Shown piece by piece: positions 1-11,300 of a stretch of DNA of 54,858 nucleotides. This stretch comes from Deltaproteobacteria bacterium (GTDB lineage: Bacteria > JACQOV01), in NCBI GenBank assembly GCA_016202395.1, contig JACQOV010000013.1, forward strand, positions 1-54,858, written 5' to 3'. A program made the translations under genes and the position numbers. The notes beneath the pieces were generated by a model. The model worked only from the letters and a program-made list of their open reading frames with translations, ran no database searches and had not been told where the DNA came from. Numbering within the stretch: the first letter of the stretch is position 1; each line of letters starts with the position of its first letter.

Positions 1-4
1 CTAC

Positions 5-184
5 AGGGCACCTCTAAAAACTATGTTCGTGACGAAAATTCAAGCTCTGGCCTGCGCCTACGTCGGATTGCACAAAAAGTCCTCAACGTACCTGCCAGGG
101 ACGCCTCCGGGCTTTTTGCTCATCCTCCTTGTCTCGGCTCAGATCATGATTTTTCGTCACGAACATAGTTTTTAGAGGTGCCCT
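5..184. mobile_element. MITE-like non-coding element with 34-bp perfect terminal inverted repeats
   Basis: AGGGCACCTCTAAAAACTATGTTCGTGACGAAAA at 5-38 and its exact reverse complement at 151-184; 180 bp, no coding capacity. Confidence 0.75.
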
Positions 185-209
185 CAATAAAATTTAGAAC
201 GTACAATAG

Positions 210-1244
210 TCAACCTCGGAATGTGGTGAGAAAAAGTTGGTGGAGGAGTTTGAGAGGGTCTTTGGGGCGAGGGTGATTGAAACGAACGATGGGGCCAGCG
301 AGATCTCCTTGAGAATCGAATTCCGCTCGAATTCCCCACAGTCCTCTATCTGGCGTCTCTGGGAGGCCATAACGAATGTCGTCGAGCTCTACAACGAAGC
401 CATCCCCTTTTTTCAAGAGATGAGGGACGATTTGGCCCATTGAAAACCAAGTAAAAATCTCCCCTTCGCGAGTTCGGCAGAGTTTGTCGATCAAAGAGTG
501 TTGAGGGGGGATATAGGTTTGCCAGTCCATAGAGTGGGACTTCCATAAACTCAGATGTCCTACGAGTATTTCCTCCGGTCTTCTCACAACGATGCGGCGC
601 AGAAAAACCTGAAGGAGGGTGGGGTACGATTGGATTTGGGAGGCTGGTGTTTCCTCCATAGAAAGTTGGCGCGCTGCCTCTTTTTCCGCACGGAGATTTA
701 AAGAGAGCCCATAGAATAGATAAGCGGTCGAGAGGAGAAGGGCGCTGATGGCGACGCCGATCTTTATTTTGGAAGCGATTTGCTTTCGGGCTCCTATCAT
801 TAAGGGAATGAGGAGGAGAAAACTGTAGAAGGGATCGAGGATTGGCACGGCATCCCACGCGAAGCGATCGTTTGAGAAAGGGGCAAGGAGCTGCGTTCCG
901 TAGCTTGTAAAAGCGTCCAGCAAAGGGTGGGAGAGAAGAGTTAGAACAAAAAGTCCAATCCAAATTTTAAGGGTGTGTGCAGCCGCTTCTCCCCTCCGTT
1001 GATGCCAGCGCCAGGTCGTATACCCTAGCAGCAACCCCACGATCGGCCCAAACCCCAGAGAGTGGGTGAGGCCTCGGTGATAGACAAACTCTCCCCAGGT
1101 TCCCATCGGAAGGATTGCAAGAATATCGATATCCGGTAGCATCGCTGCCAACGCTCCAAGCCAGACCGCGCGAGATCCTAGTCGGTCTTTAAATCCGGCG
1201 TGGGCAACGGTTCCGCCTAGGAATGCGTGTGTGAGTGGATCCAT
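210..1244 (-). CDS. Membrane-bound metal-dependent hydrolase (YdjM/DUF457-like)
   Basis: MDPLTH start, PDID and HRGLTHS motifs, SHPLLDAFTSYGT; several TM segments; start moved to ATG at 1244. Confidence 0.85.
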   Translation of the reverse strand: MDPLTHAFLGGTVAHAGFKDRLGSRAVWLGALAAMLPDIDILAILPMGTWGEFVYHRGLTHSLGFGPIVGLLLGYTTWRWHQRRGEAAAHTLKIWIGLFVLTLLSHPLLDAFTSYGTQLLAPFSNDRFAWDAVPILDPFYSFLLLIPLMIGARKQIASKIKIGVAISALLLSTAYLFYGLSLNLRAEKEAARQLSMEETPASQIQSYPTLLQVFLRRIVVRRPEEILVGHLSLWKSHSMDWQTYIPPQHSLIDKLCRTREGEIFTWFSMGQIVPHLLKKGDGFVVELDDIRYGLPETPDRGLWGIRAEFDSQGDLAGPIVRFNHPRPKDPLKLLHQLFLTTFRG

Positions 1245-1248
1245 CTCT

Positions 1249-2031
1249 TTAAATCCATCCGAGGGCAAGGCCCATTGCGATTAAAAAGAGCATCGATGAG
1301 ACGGTAATTTGAATCCCCCGTAACGTAACCTTTTTCAAGAGGCGATTTCCGAGATACGATCCCAGAAAAGCGGAAGTGGCTGCGGTCAGGAGAAGCGGAG
1401 TGTGAGAGTTCATGTTTTTCAACAAGAGTTGGGAACTATAAACCGAGATTCGGGAGAGATCGACCAGGCAAGCAATCACCACACCCGTTCCAATGAAGCT
1501 TTCCTTGGAAAGACCCAATCGCAGGAGGAATGCAGCTCGGAGAGCCCCTTGGTGTCCTGAAAGCCCTCCTAAAAAACCGCTCAAGATCCCGCCGATAGGA
1601 AGAGCCTTTTCGCCAAAAGAGATCTTAGCCATTCGGGGGCTCAAATCGTAAATGACAAAAAGTATCATCAGGCCTGCGATGATGAGATTGAGAGAGGTGA
1701 TTTGAAGCTCGTGTCCCCAGAGGGTGTATCGTTGGAGAGGCGTTTGGTGGGAGAGCCACAGGAGGAGCCATGCGCCAACGAAAGCGGAGAGGAGGGCCGG
1801 CAGGCCGAATTGGAGAACCGCCTTTTTATCCGCATGTCGGCCCAGCAGCGTGAGTTTAAAAAGGTTGTTAAGGAAATGAACGATGGCCGTCAGGGCGATT
1901 GCAATATTGACCTCAAAGAAGATTGCAAACACCGGCATAAGGAGAGTTCCCAACCCAAAACCAGAGAAAAGAGTGAGGCCTGCCGTAACAAAAGAGGCGA
2001 TGCCAATGATCCCATACTCCATCGTCTTCAT
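1249..2031 (-). CDS. Sulfite exporter TauE/SafE family membrane protein
   Basis: About 260 aa, very hydrophobic, SGFGLG...P and GFLGGLSGHQG motifs. Confidence 0.8.
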   Translation of the reverse strand: MKTMEYGIIGIASFVTAGLTLFSGFGLGTLLMPVFAIFFEVNIAIALTAIVHFLNNLFKLTLLGRHADKKAVLQFGLPALLSAFVGAWLLLWLSHQTPLQRYTLWGHELQITSLNLIIAGLMILFVIYDLSPRMAKISFGEKALPIGGILSGFLGGLSGHQGALRAAFLLRLGLSKESFIGTGVVIACLVDLSRISVYSSQLLLKNMNSHTPLLLTAATSAFLGSYLGNRLLKKVTLRGIQITVSSMLFLIAMGLALGWI

Positions 2032-2089
2032 TCCTATCTGAACTCGGTCCGAATAGCAAGGGAATGGGGCGATCTAGGGGTTGATGCAA

Positions 2090-2196
2090 TGTGAACAGAT
2101 ATTCACAGAGGGGGTGTCAGGTTTTTTTACATAAAAAACCTTCTAAAATCATAGAGTTAAATTTTTATTTGTAAAAATTGTTAAATTTCTTTGACA
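2090..2196. promoter_or_regulatory. Three palindromic TGT-N11/12-ACA sites (candidate enhancer) with an IHF-like site
   Basis: TGTGAACAGATATTCACA 2090-2107, TGTCAGGTTTTTTTACA 2115-2131, TGTTAAATTTCTTTGACA 2179-2196; AATCATAGAGTTA 2147-2159. Confidence 0.65.
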
Positions 2197-2232
2197 GAGG
2201 GGTGATCAGGAAAAGTTTAGAATTATTATATA

Positions 2233-2245
2233 AATCAACGGGTTA
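2233..2245 (+). promoter_or_regulatory. IHF binding site
   Basis: AATCAACGGGTTA matches WATCAANNNNTTR exactly, with an AT-rich 5' flank, between the enhancer and the sigma54 promoter. Confidence 0.65.
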
Positions 2246-2260
2246 TATTTTATAGGCTCT

Positions 2261-2277
2261 TGGCATGGTATTTGCAT
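2261..2277 (+). promoter_or_regulatory. Sigma54 -24/-12 promoter of the activator gene
   Basis: TGGCATGGTATTTGCAT, GG-N10-GC spacing, 26 nt before the start codon. Confidence 0.8.
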
Positions 2278-2303
2278 AGTTTATAGATTCTAAGGGGGGC
2301 CCC

Positions 2304-5126
2304 TTGTTGAGTTCCCAAAATCGCAAATTACTTTCTCTCCGAAATGTGATCCTGTTAGGCCTCATTGTAGCAGGCCTATCCTATGGGGGGGCTGTCTACC
2401 ATTTTCTGGCCCAAACCCCCGATTTTGGGTGGATACTGGATCCTCAGCGCAAGATCGGTTGGATCAACGAAGGGGGATCTGCTTCTCAAGCGGGTCTTCA
2501 GGTGGGGGATCAAATCGTGGCCGTAGGTGGAGAGCCTATTCTCAGCGCTCCAAGCTATTTTGAGACGGTCCGAAGACATCGGGTTTTAGGGGTTGAGGTT
2601 CCCATAGAGGTCGTTCGGGAAGAGGTCAATCTAGGCTACACTCTTGTGGCTCAGCCCCACGCATTTTCAAAGAACTCCAGATGCTCTTTTCTAGTCGTTG
2701 TTTTGTCTCTTTTACTTGCCCTTTTTATTCTTTTCAAGAAGCCCACGGAAAAGGCGGCCTTTTTATTTTCCCTTATTTTAGTCACGGGATCCGTTTTACG
2801 GATAGGGTTTGGGCATCTTTGGTATCTCTTGGAGCAGCCCTTTTTGAGTGTGGTTTGGGTGCTGGCAGGCCTTGCCGTTGTTCCTTTATCGCTTCACTTT
2901 GCTTGTATCTTTCCTCGTGAAAGGAGATTACTAACACGGAAGAAGTACCTTTACCCTTTGCTCTATCTTCCTTCCGTTGTATTGAGTTTAGTTGGACTCG
3001 TTCTTTATCACCAGGCCCTTGCAGTGGATCCGCTAAAGGGGGACGAGCACCTTGTTTTTCAGCGCATTTTCCGTCTCGGCATCGGTTTTCAACTGTATTA
3101 TCAGTCTTATCTTTTAACAGTTTTTGGCTTGTTCTTATTGAGTTTCTTCAGATCTCCGGCAGTTCGGGAAAGAAAACAACTGGTTTGGATCGTGGCGGCA
3201 TTGCTTTTTGCTGTTTGCAATCAAACCTATCTCTTTTTCCAGTTTCAAGCGCATCCTTCCCCCTCTCATCTGCTTTTCACCCTGCAGGATCTCACGCCAC
3301 TTCCGATGGTCTTCTTGTGGCCGTTTGCTATAGCCTTATCTATTTTTAAATACCGCCTTCTAGACATCGATCGGATTATCTCTCGAGGGATGGCATACCT
3401 GATGGTTAGCGCTATTTCAGTGGCCCTGTACCTTGGCTTTGTGGGTGGATTCAGTGGGTCGCTGGGGCAGGTGATTGATTTTTCCTCTTGGGGTTTGGTG
3501 GGGGCGACTCTGGTGATTGCCCTCCTCTTTTTTCCGATCAAGCAAAAGATACAGAAGGTCATCGATCGGCATTTTTATCGGGATCGGTATCGATATCAAA
3601 ACACGATTTATGAATTAAGCCAGCGGCTCACCACTTTCCTCAAAGAAGAGCCTCTGTTTCAAACGATCAACGAAACTCTTCAGAAAGCGTTCCCGATTTC
3701 TCATGTGACGACTCATGTTTGTTCTAAAGAAGAAGATCCGTCAAGTTTCCATGCCCTCCATGAATTTTTGCCGAAGTATCCCAAGGCCATTAGCCGTTTT
3801 GAGATTGAGAATCAGAGCTTGTTTGCTTCTCAGAGGGAGACACTTTTATCTCAGATGGATTCGCTGGGCGCGGAGCTGTTGTTGCCTTTTTTCTATGAAA
3901 GGAAGCTTCGAGGATGGATTGTTTTAGGGGAAAGAGAGGATGGAGATGTTTACTCCACAACAGATATCGAGCTCCTCACCACTTTGGCCGATCAGGTAGC
4001 GGTCGCTCTTCAGAATGCCTCTTCTTACCAGCAGATTGAACGGCTCAATGAGGATTTGCGAGAGAAGGTTCAAAAGATCGAGGTCCTTCAGGAGAAGCTA
4101 TTCCAGGAGAATGCCTCTTTGAAACAAGAGATTCAGCAGCAGTCTCATTTTTGGGAGATCGTGGGAACTAGTTTTGCGATGCGGGAGGTTTTTCAAAAAG
4201 TTCAGAAGATAGCTTCTACTTCTTCGTCGGTATTCATCCATGGGGAAAGCGGGACTGGCAAGGAGCTCATCGCGAGCGCCATTCATTACAATAGTTCTCG
4301 AAAAGATAAGCCCTTTATTAAAGTGAACTGTGCGGCCTTACCCGAGGGAACTCTGGAAAGTGAGCTTTTTGGGCATGAACGGGGAGCATTTACCGGTGCG
4401 GTGGCAAGGCGACAAGGGCGGTTTGAGTTGGCCGATAGCGGGACATTGTTTCTGGATGAGATTGGGGAGATCCCTGCGCATATGCAACTGCGGTTGCTTC
4501 GAGTGTTGCAGGAGAAGCAATTTGAGAGGGTAGGAGGGACGCAAACTTTAGAGACAGATGTTCGAGTGATTGCCGCCACCAATCGGGATTTAGAGGAGGC
4601 GGTGGCAGAGGGGCGTTTCCGGGAAGATCTCTACTTTCGTCTCAATGTTATTTCGATTGAGATCCCTCCTCTTCGGGAGAGGATGGAGGACCTGTATCCT
4701 TTGGCGCTTCATTTTATAGAAAAGTACAATCGGCAAACGGGTAAAGCCTTTTGCAAAATTACGGAAGACGGTTGGGACGTATTGAAGCGGTACCATTGGC
4801 CAGGGAACGTACGGGAGTTGGAAAACCTGATCCACCGAGCCATTGTCCTTGGGGAAGGAGAAGAATTGACTCTGAAAGATCTTTCCAGCGGTTTGAATAC
4901 TGAAAGAAGCGAAGGTTTTGATGCCCGTGAGGAGGCTCCGCATCCTTTGAATTACGAAGGTTTATTTCATCTCCCCTATTGGGATCAGATTCGTTACTAT
5001 GAAAAAATTATCCTCCAAGAGGCCCTCAAGAAGACAGGAGGGATTAAAGAAAGAACGGCCCGTTCTTTAGGGATTAGTCGATCCCACTTTTTCAGGAAAC
5101 TCAAAGAGCATGGCTTCCTTTCCTAG
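2304..5126 (+). CDS. Membrane-bound sigma54-dependent transcriptional activator (TM-PDZ-multiTM-GAF-AAA+-HTH)
   Basis: PDZ signature GSASQAGLQVGDQIVAVGG; many TM helices; GAF-like DIELLTTLADQVAVAL; Walker A GESGTGKE, GAFTGA, LFLDEIG, WPGNVREL; Fis-type HTH at the C-terminus. Confidence 0.93.
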   Translation: MLSSQNRKLLSLRNVILLGLIVAGLSYGGAVYHFLAQTPDFGWILDPQRKIGWINEGGSASQAGLQVGDQIVAVGGEPILSAPSYFETVRRHRVLGVEVPIEVVREEVNLGYTLVAQPHAFSKNSRCSFLVVVLSLLLALFILFKKPTEKAAFLFSLILVTGSVLRIGFGHLWYLLEQPFLSVVWVLAGLAVVPLSLHFACIFPRERRLLTRKKYLYPLLYLPSVVLSLVGLVLYHQALAVDPLKGDEHLVFQRIFRLGIGFQLYYQSYLLTVFGLFLLSFFRSPAVRERKQLVWIVAALLFAVCNQTYLFFQFQAHPSPSHLLFTLQDLTPLPMVFLWPFAIALSIFKYRLLDIDRIISRGMAYLMVSAISVALYLGFVGGFSGSLGQVIDFSSWGLVGATLVIALLFFPIKQKIQKVIDRHFYRDRYRYQNTIYELSQRLTTFLKEEPLFQTINETLQKAFPISHVTTHVCSKEEDPSSFHALHEFLPKYPKAISRFEIENQSLFASQRETLLSQMDSLGAELLLPFFYERKLRGWIVLGEREDGDVYSTTDIELLTTLADQVAVALQNASSYQQIERLNEDLREKVQKIEVLQEKLFQENASLKQEIQQQSHFWEIVGTSFAMREVFQKVQKIASTSSSVFIHGESGTGKELIASAIHYNSSRKDKPFIKVNCAALPEGTLESELFGHERGAFTGAVARRQGRFELADSGTLFLDEIGEIPAHMQLRLLRVLQEKQFERVGGTQTLETDVRVIAATNRDLEEAVAEGRFREDLYFRLNVISIEIPPLRERMEDLYPLALHFIEKYNRQTGKAFCKITEDGWDVLKRYHWPGNVRELENLIHRAIVLGEGEELTLKDLSSGLNTERSEGFDAREEAPHPLNYEGLFHLPYWDQIRYYEKIILQEALKKTGGIKERTARSLGISRSHFFRKLKEHGFLS

Positions 5127-5153
5127 TAGACCCCATTCGATACCCCCTTGACC

Positions 5154-5188
5154 GTCCCAAAAATGAGACGATATCTCTGAAATGGGAT
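5154..5188. promoter_or_regulatory. Tandem imperfect palindromes, candidate upstream activator sequence for the Rhs operon
   Basis: GTCCCAAAAATGAGAC 5154-5169 and ATCTCTGAAATGGGAT 5173-5188, 90-125 bp upstream of the sigma54 promoter. Confidence 0.5.
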
Positions 5189-5278
5189 GGTTGAGACCTC
5201 CAAGCCCTCCTCTCCGTATCTATTATAACTACCTAATAACAAATAGTATTTTTGATTTTCCCACCGTTACTTCTGTTT

Positions 5279-5295
5279 TGGCACGCCGTTTGCAT
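5279..5295 (+). promoter_or_regulatory. Sigma54 -24/-12 promoter of the Rhs operon
   Basis: TGGCACGCCGTTTGCAT, perfect TGGCACG-N4-TTGCW consensus. Confidence 0.88.
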
Positions 5296-5331
5296 AGATC
5301 CTCCTTCGGGTCACCAAAGGGGGGGCCGGGA

Positions 5332-8300
5332 ATGGTTTCAAAAATAAAGAGCAATCGGTTTTTTGTTACAACTCATAAAATCTTCTCGTGGGTGTTGGTA
5401 TTTGCGCTTGTTTATGGGCCCCTACCAACTCGTGAAGCACATGCAAGCTTCAATTATTCTAGTGCGGCAGCCCATGCTTCTGATGAAAGTGCCTTAAAAG
5501 CCTCGAGCAACTCCGTTGGTTCTACATTGGTCGATGCCAAAGGGAATCTGACCTATTCTCTTTCCTTTCCTTCTATCCCTGTCGTTGCTCGGGATGGGAG
5601 TTCCCCTAGCGTTTCGGTAACCTACAACAGCGCCAATCATCAGGTGGATGGATTTATGGGGTACGGTTGGAACTTAGATGTTCCTTCAATTCGACGGATT
5701 GGTCCTGACGAAACACTTCCTCTACCAACCTACGGAACAGACGATCGTTTTAGTACCCCATGGGGAATCGTTGTTCCTATCGAAAATCCCGATCAATCGG
5801 AAACAGGGTATCGATTGATTTCAGGCCCTTTCGCAATTCACTTTACCTTCGATAGGGTAGAAAATGTTTGGACGGTACGCAACCTGGAGAATGGAACAAA
5901 ACAGATCTTCAGAGATATGAAGGGGAATCCTGCAACAAAACCCGATGTAACAGATCCTGCCTGCCAGTTAGAGCTCCCTTTAGGGGATAGTTCTTCAGGT
6001 TGCCCTCCCGGTAGAGAACTTTTGTGCGAAGCGCTCGATAATTTTGATCCAACCTCTTACGGCATGAAGGAACTCAATGAAGATCTTTTGGAAGAAGGGA
6101 CTATCGATTATGGAGCATTTCTTGAAGATTATGAAGACCAAGGGGGGGGGATAAGAATTTGGGACGTTCTTGTGACAGATGCCGCAAAACAGATTGAAGA
6201 AACACAGCATGAGCCGAGGGTCGGTGATCTGGATGGAACGGTTTTCGATGAAGGGGATATTGGGGGATCGGGCCCTACAAATCCGGAAGGTGTAGGGGGA
6301 GGAGTCGAAGGAGAAGAAACGAACGGGGTTGTTACTAAAAACCTTGATCCTACAGTGCAAGAAGACATAGAAAGATCTCGAATCACTCAGAATCCTGTTA
6401 TCTCTCCGTCTTGGGTGGATATTAACGAGTCCAATGTGCCCCTTGAGGCTAACAAAACAGCAGAATGGCAGATTCAAGAGATCCAGAATGGATCGAACTG
6501 GACCCGGCACTACTATGCTTCTTGCTCGACGGCTGATGGCAAATACAATGTCTTCCATTGGAATGGTGTGGCTTCGGGTGGATATGCTTTCGGAGATTCG
6601 GATGGGCCTTCGTTTGCTATTCGAGCCCTTTATGATCTTCGGCAAAATTATTACCCCATTTCAATTTCCAATCACACTTTTTCTCCTGAAATTCTTTCAG
6701 CTCTTGAATTGAGACCTGTAGTGGCATACTACGATTCTTCAGGTCCCTATCTGGATGAAGATTATCTTAATATGCGAATGAAATTTGTTTATGAGAGTGA
6801 TTCCGATGCTCATCATGCCCCACTTGTAGTCAAAATCAAATTTGAAACGGAGGAGGATGGAGAGACCGAATCTTTTCAGCCCCCTTTAGAGATGGCATAT
6901 ATTGAGAAACAAGAGAATTCAGGTACGGTAAAAGCTTTCTGTAAGGATCCGGTTGTCCTTCCATTTTTTAAACCTCTGAACACAAAAGGATTTAAAGAAG
7001 GGGAGACGGATGCTTACGAATGGGTTCGCTCTTCACGATCTTATTACAATCCGGAAACAGAGGATCCCTTGACGGGGACAATCCTCCCTTTTGCCTCACC
7101 GGAAGTTGATCCCGCCTTTATCGGGCGTCTCTATAATGGAGCGGGGTATTCCTTAGAGCTTACAGGACTGCATGAGATCGGAAACGTCGATTGCGAAGAG
7201 TCCCATTGCGAGTCAGGTGATCGCTATCAAGTGGAGGCTCCTAACATCTCTGCTCGATTCGCAGGGGCCCCTCTCTTTGGGGAAGAACAGGACAACCGTC
7301 CTGATTTTGTCATCGCAACGGAGATGGAAAGATTTACCTACGATCCGGACTATTTTGGATTTGAAGGGAGTGGAGAGTCGAAGAAGGTATGTCTCAAAGA
7401 CGGGGAGGGTTGCTGGGATTATTACGGGAAAAGCGGGACAACTTACGTAACCCAGAATGTCTATACAGGGGTAGGCATGATCGACCCTTACAGTCAAGAG
7501 GGCACTCCCTATGGTTCCTTGGAGGGGGGGCCTGTTAATTATGACCCTGGGCAGGTTCCAACCCCTTTTGTCCGTGTTTACTATGGCGTCCCTAAAAAAG
7601 AGCTCCCTCAAGATCTCATCTGTGATTCTGAAGAGAATACCCCTTGTAGCAGCCAAGACGATTACTTTGGAGGCGGATTTATTCTAGGCCCTTATCACTT
7701 TTTCCAAAACTTTTCATTGGAAGGGTTGAGTCAAAGGAACAAAGAGGCTGACGAAGTTTACAGCTTTATGGATATTGATGGGGATGGACTTGAGGAACCG
7801 ATCCTAAAAGAGGGGGAATGTCATATTGTTACCTCAAGAAATGGATTCAGCTTGAGAAAAAGTGATGTCCCCGAATGTGCTCAATGGGACGATGGCCAAG
7901 GAGCTATCGATGAAGCAGATTGCGTACAGCCCCAACCCCTTTTTGTGGGTCAGGACCGGCTTGTAGAGACGGAAAGCACAGGAATCGTGAGTCAAGAGTG
8001 TGATCCCGATGGGCGCTTCCGTTCCTCTTTCAATAACACCTGTAATGATACGGCGAGCCAATGTTATCGATTTTCAGGGCTTCCTTCTACGCCGATAGGG
8101 GCTCTTACATTGCCTGTACAAGATGATGAGGAACAGCAGAGCCAGAACTCCGGATTTGAAGGTTTTACTATCGATGGATTTAGTGGGGCTCATTGGATCT
8201 CGGGGAGCGTGTGTGACGGAAACGATTGTAGTTGGCAAGTCTGGTGGAATAATAGCCAACTCCTTTGGACTGCTTCCCAAGGATCTATCAAATATGATCC

Positions 8301-11300
8301 TTCCAAATCCGCCTTTTGTAGCATCCCTTCGAATTCCATTACAGGACCAGCCATTGCTGATCCCAGTCTCCGAGAGGCGTTGAAGTGTCCTGTGTTGGTA
8401 AAAAATGCTCCAGCCGCACTTCACCAATCCGCAGATAATCGCACCGTAATGACCTTAATGGATCTCGTCGGTGATGACAATCCTGATGTGGTCAGTACAA
8501 AAAGTGGTTCTGATTGTTGGAGTGTGAATGCCTACGATTACAACGCGATAGAAGGGAATTATATTGCCCAGTTTATTGAGGAGGGGGTCTGGGTTTATGT
8601 TCCACGAGATCCAGACGAGCCTGAGGATCGCAAGATCGCCACCCGTGAGGATGACGAGGACCACTGGTCCGGAGTTTTTTCCTTTGGTAGCCAGTCTTTC
8701 GCCTTTTCTCTAGGAGAAGAGTCAGGGGCTCGAATGTACTGCTCGACATGGGGGGAGTCTACCGATGAGGAGCGGAGCCCCGGTGTATCGGCGACATGGA
8801 CCTGTTACCCTTTTTATAAGGGGGAGGTGAACCCCAGCTATACCTGTGAGGGGGAGGATGCGGTGAGTTATTTCCATCCTGGGGAGGTTTTTCGTATCGA
8901 AGCCCCGACCATTGCACAACATGTGACTTGTAACGATTCAAATTGGTGCCCTGACGGAGATGCTGATGAGCTTCCCGGTGTGATGGATACCATTCGTGGA
9001 AGTACTCTGCTTGCCCCTGCGGATGTCAATGGGGATGGGATTGTAGATATTATTGATATTCGACCTGAAAAAGGGAATCACGCGAGTCATAGTACTTGGG
9101 ACAAAAAAGGGATGAGTGTCTATTTCGGTTGTCGCGATGATCAGTTTGAAGAGGGGGAAGACGATACTCGCTCTTGTGACCGTTGCCCTGAGGAGAGATT
9201 AGTCGGGGATGATGATGAGGGTTCTGGGACGAATGCCCAATGGGTAGGGCTTTTGACGGAGGTCAGTGACGGTTCCGGATTAAGAAAAGTTTTTGAATGG
9301 GCAGATGTCAAGGATTATCGCTTTGTTCCCCCTGCAGATCATTCTTACAAAAATCTTCTGGAAGGGATTCCCATTCTCAAGTCGGTGACGGAGTACCGTT
9401 TCGAGGATGGTTTAGAATCTTATCAAGTGAGTTCGGAAAATGTGCCGATTTATCGCACCTATGATTATTTGAGCTGCTTTAAAAATTCCAACGGTGTTTT
9501 TGCAGGATGTCCCGCAATCCGAGAAATTTCTAATTCCGGGGAGGGGAATCAGAGTGAAACCACAACCTATTATCTTTTGCAATTTCCAGAGGGACTGGAT
9601 GTTACCGATTATTCGGAACTCAATCCCCCAAGCTCTGCAGTGAGCACCGTTATTTGGCCCAGCTCTACGGTCCGAAAGCTTAGAGAGATCCAAGGGGCTC
9701 CTTGGGCTCAATCCGTTAGCGTAGGAAAGAAGACAGTCATTTGGGTGGGGGATATTCCAGAAGAAGATTATGATGTGATTCATGAATCGTATGGAGTGCT
9801 TGTATTTCCAGAGGGATCTACCACCGATCCGATCACTCAGGTAGGAACTTATCGTCGAGATAAAATTCTTTCCTTTCAACCGAAGAAAAGTATCAATATC
9901 CAGATAGAAGGGGATTATAAAGTGGTGCGGGAGAAACAACTCCTTTATGAAACTTTTTCTTCTTCAGACCCTAAAGGATTCGTTGGTTATTTAATGGCTA
10001 CCCGTCAGCTAGAGACCCCGACATCCGGAGGAGTCCCGTACTACCGAGATTTAACGGTGTACAACAAGTTGGACGATGGGAATGGTCATCTCACTCAGAT
10101 TGTCCCCAACGTTCGCTGTCGAGACACTCAATCTCTGAGCGCTACGATTACGTGTGATCCAAGCAGCAGCTTTTTATATCGAGACTACGATTATAATGAT
10201 GATGGCACTTTAAGATGGGTTCAAACCGTATCGGATACCCCTCTTTCCTCCGTTCAATCCCAGATAGAGCAAGAGTATGAGTACGATGGCTACGGCCATC
10301 TTACCCATTCAATCACAACCGTAAAGCACGGAAGTAGCGGATTAAGAAGCATGGAGGAAGAATTTATCTATGATGATTATTCTTTCAGCCCGGGATTAAA
10401 CATCGATAAAGAACGGTTCTTGGCGAAAGAGATCACGCGGGGTTCGGATATGGAATCAATGGTCCAGTATTTTGTATGGGATCGAAAAACGAGCAAAATC
10501 GCTTTTGAGTCCAGACTCTTCCTTGAGGGTCAAGATCCTCTAGGGGAGAGTTCTGGAGGGGAATCGGCAGAATCTTGTTGGGAAGATGAAAGTTGTAGAG
10601 AAGGAGGAACGGAGCGTGTTTATGATCATTTAGGGCGACCGGTTCGGGAGACTCAGTTTGTCCCTTTGGGAACGGATCGTCAAAAGGCGTTAAGCCAATG
10701 TTATTATTATTCGGGTGCTAGCGGCCCTCTCATGTGGAGTGCTTCAGTTTCGATTCGAGGGAGCAATTGTTGGGGAAGCCTCCCTGATTCAGACACCTTG
10801 GCGAAATACCCCTACGAAAAGGTTTATCGAAATTCCTGGGCTTCTTTTAAATCAGAACGATCCAGCGATGGCTCTTATTTGCTTCGGAAGCAGGCCCGAT
10901 TCGATGGCGACGGAGCTATCGTTGCTGAATCTTTGTGGGACGATTTAGAGGATTGGGATGCTGAAAGAGTGGAGTGGGCGTCTCAAACTCATGATTCTTT
11001 AGGAAGGATCACAGGGATCACACTCCCCACAGGTTATATGGCTCAAATCACCCCTGGATTAGAGGAGACGAGTGTTGCCGATCCCAATTGGGTTGCCGAT
11101 AGCTGGACCGGTTCCACCGGGGTCACTGTGGATGGAATGCAACGGACTTTCAAGGCAGGAATTGGAGGAAAATTGAGCCATGTTGCTTTGGGGACGAACA
11201 CGAGTCAAATGGTTGAAGCGGATTACGAAGATTACGATGTCGTAGGAGATGCAAATACCATTACGTTAAATCCTCTGTTTTGTTTACTCAACGGAGGAGG

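Noticed and set aside
5182..5331. N-terminal 50 codons of the 3187-aa ORF-track call
   Set aside because: They overlap the sigma54 promoter and enhancer; ATG 5332 gives an RBS and a proper signal peptide
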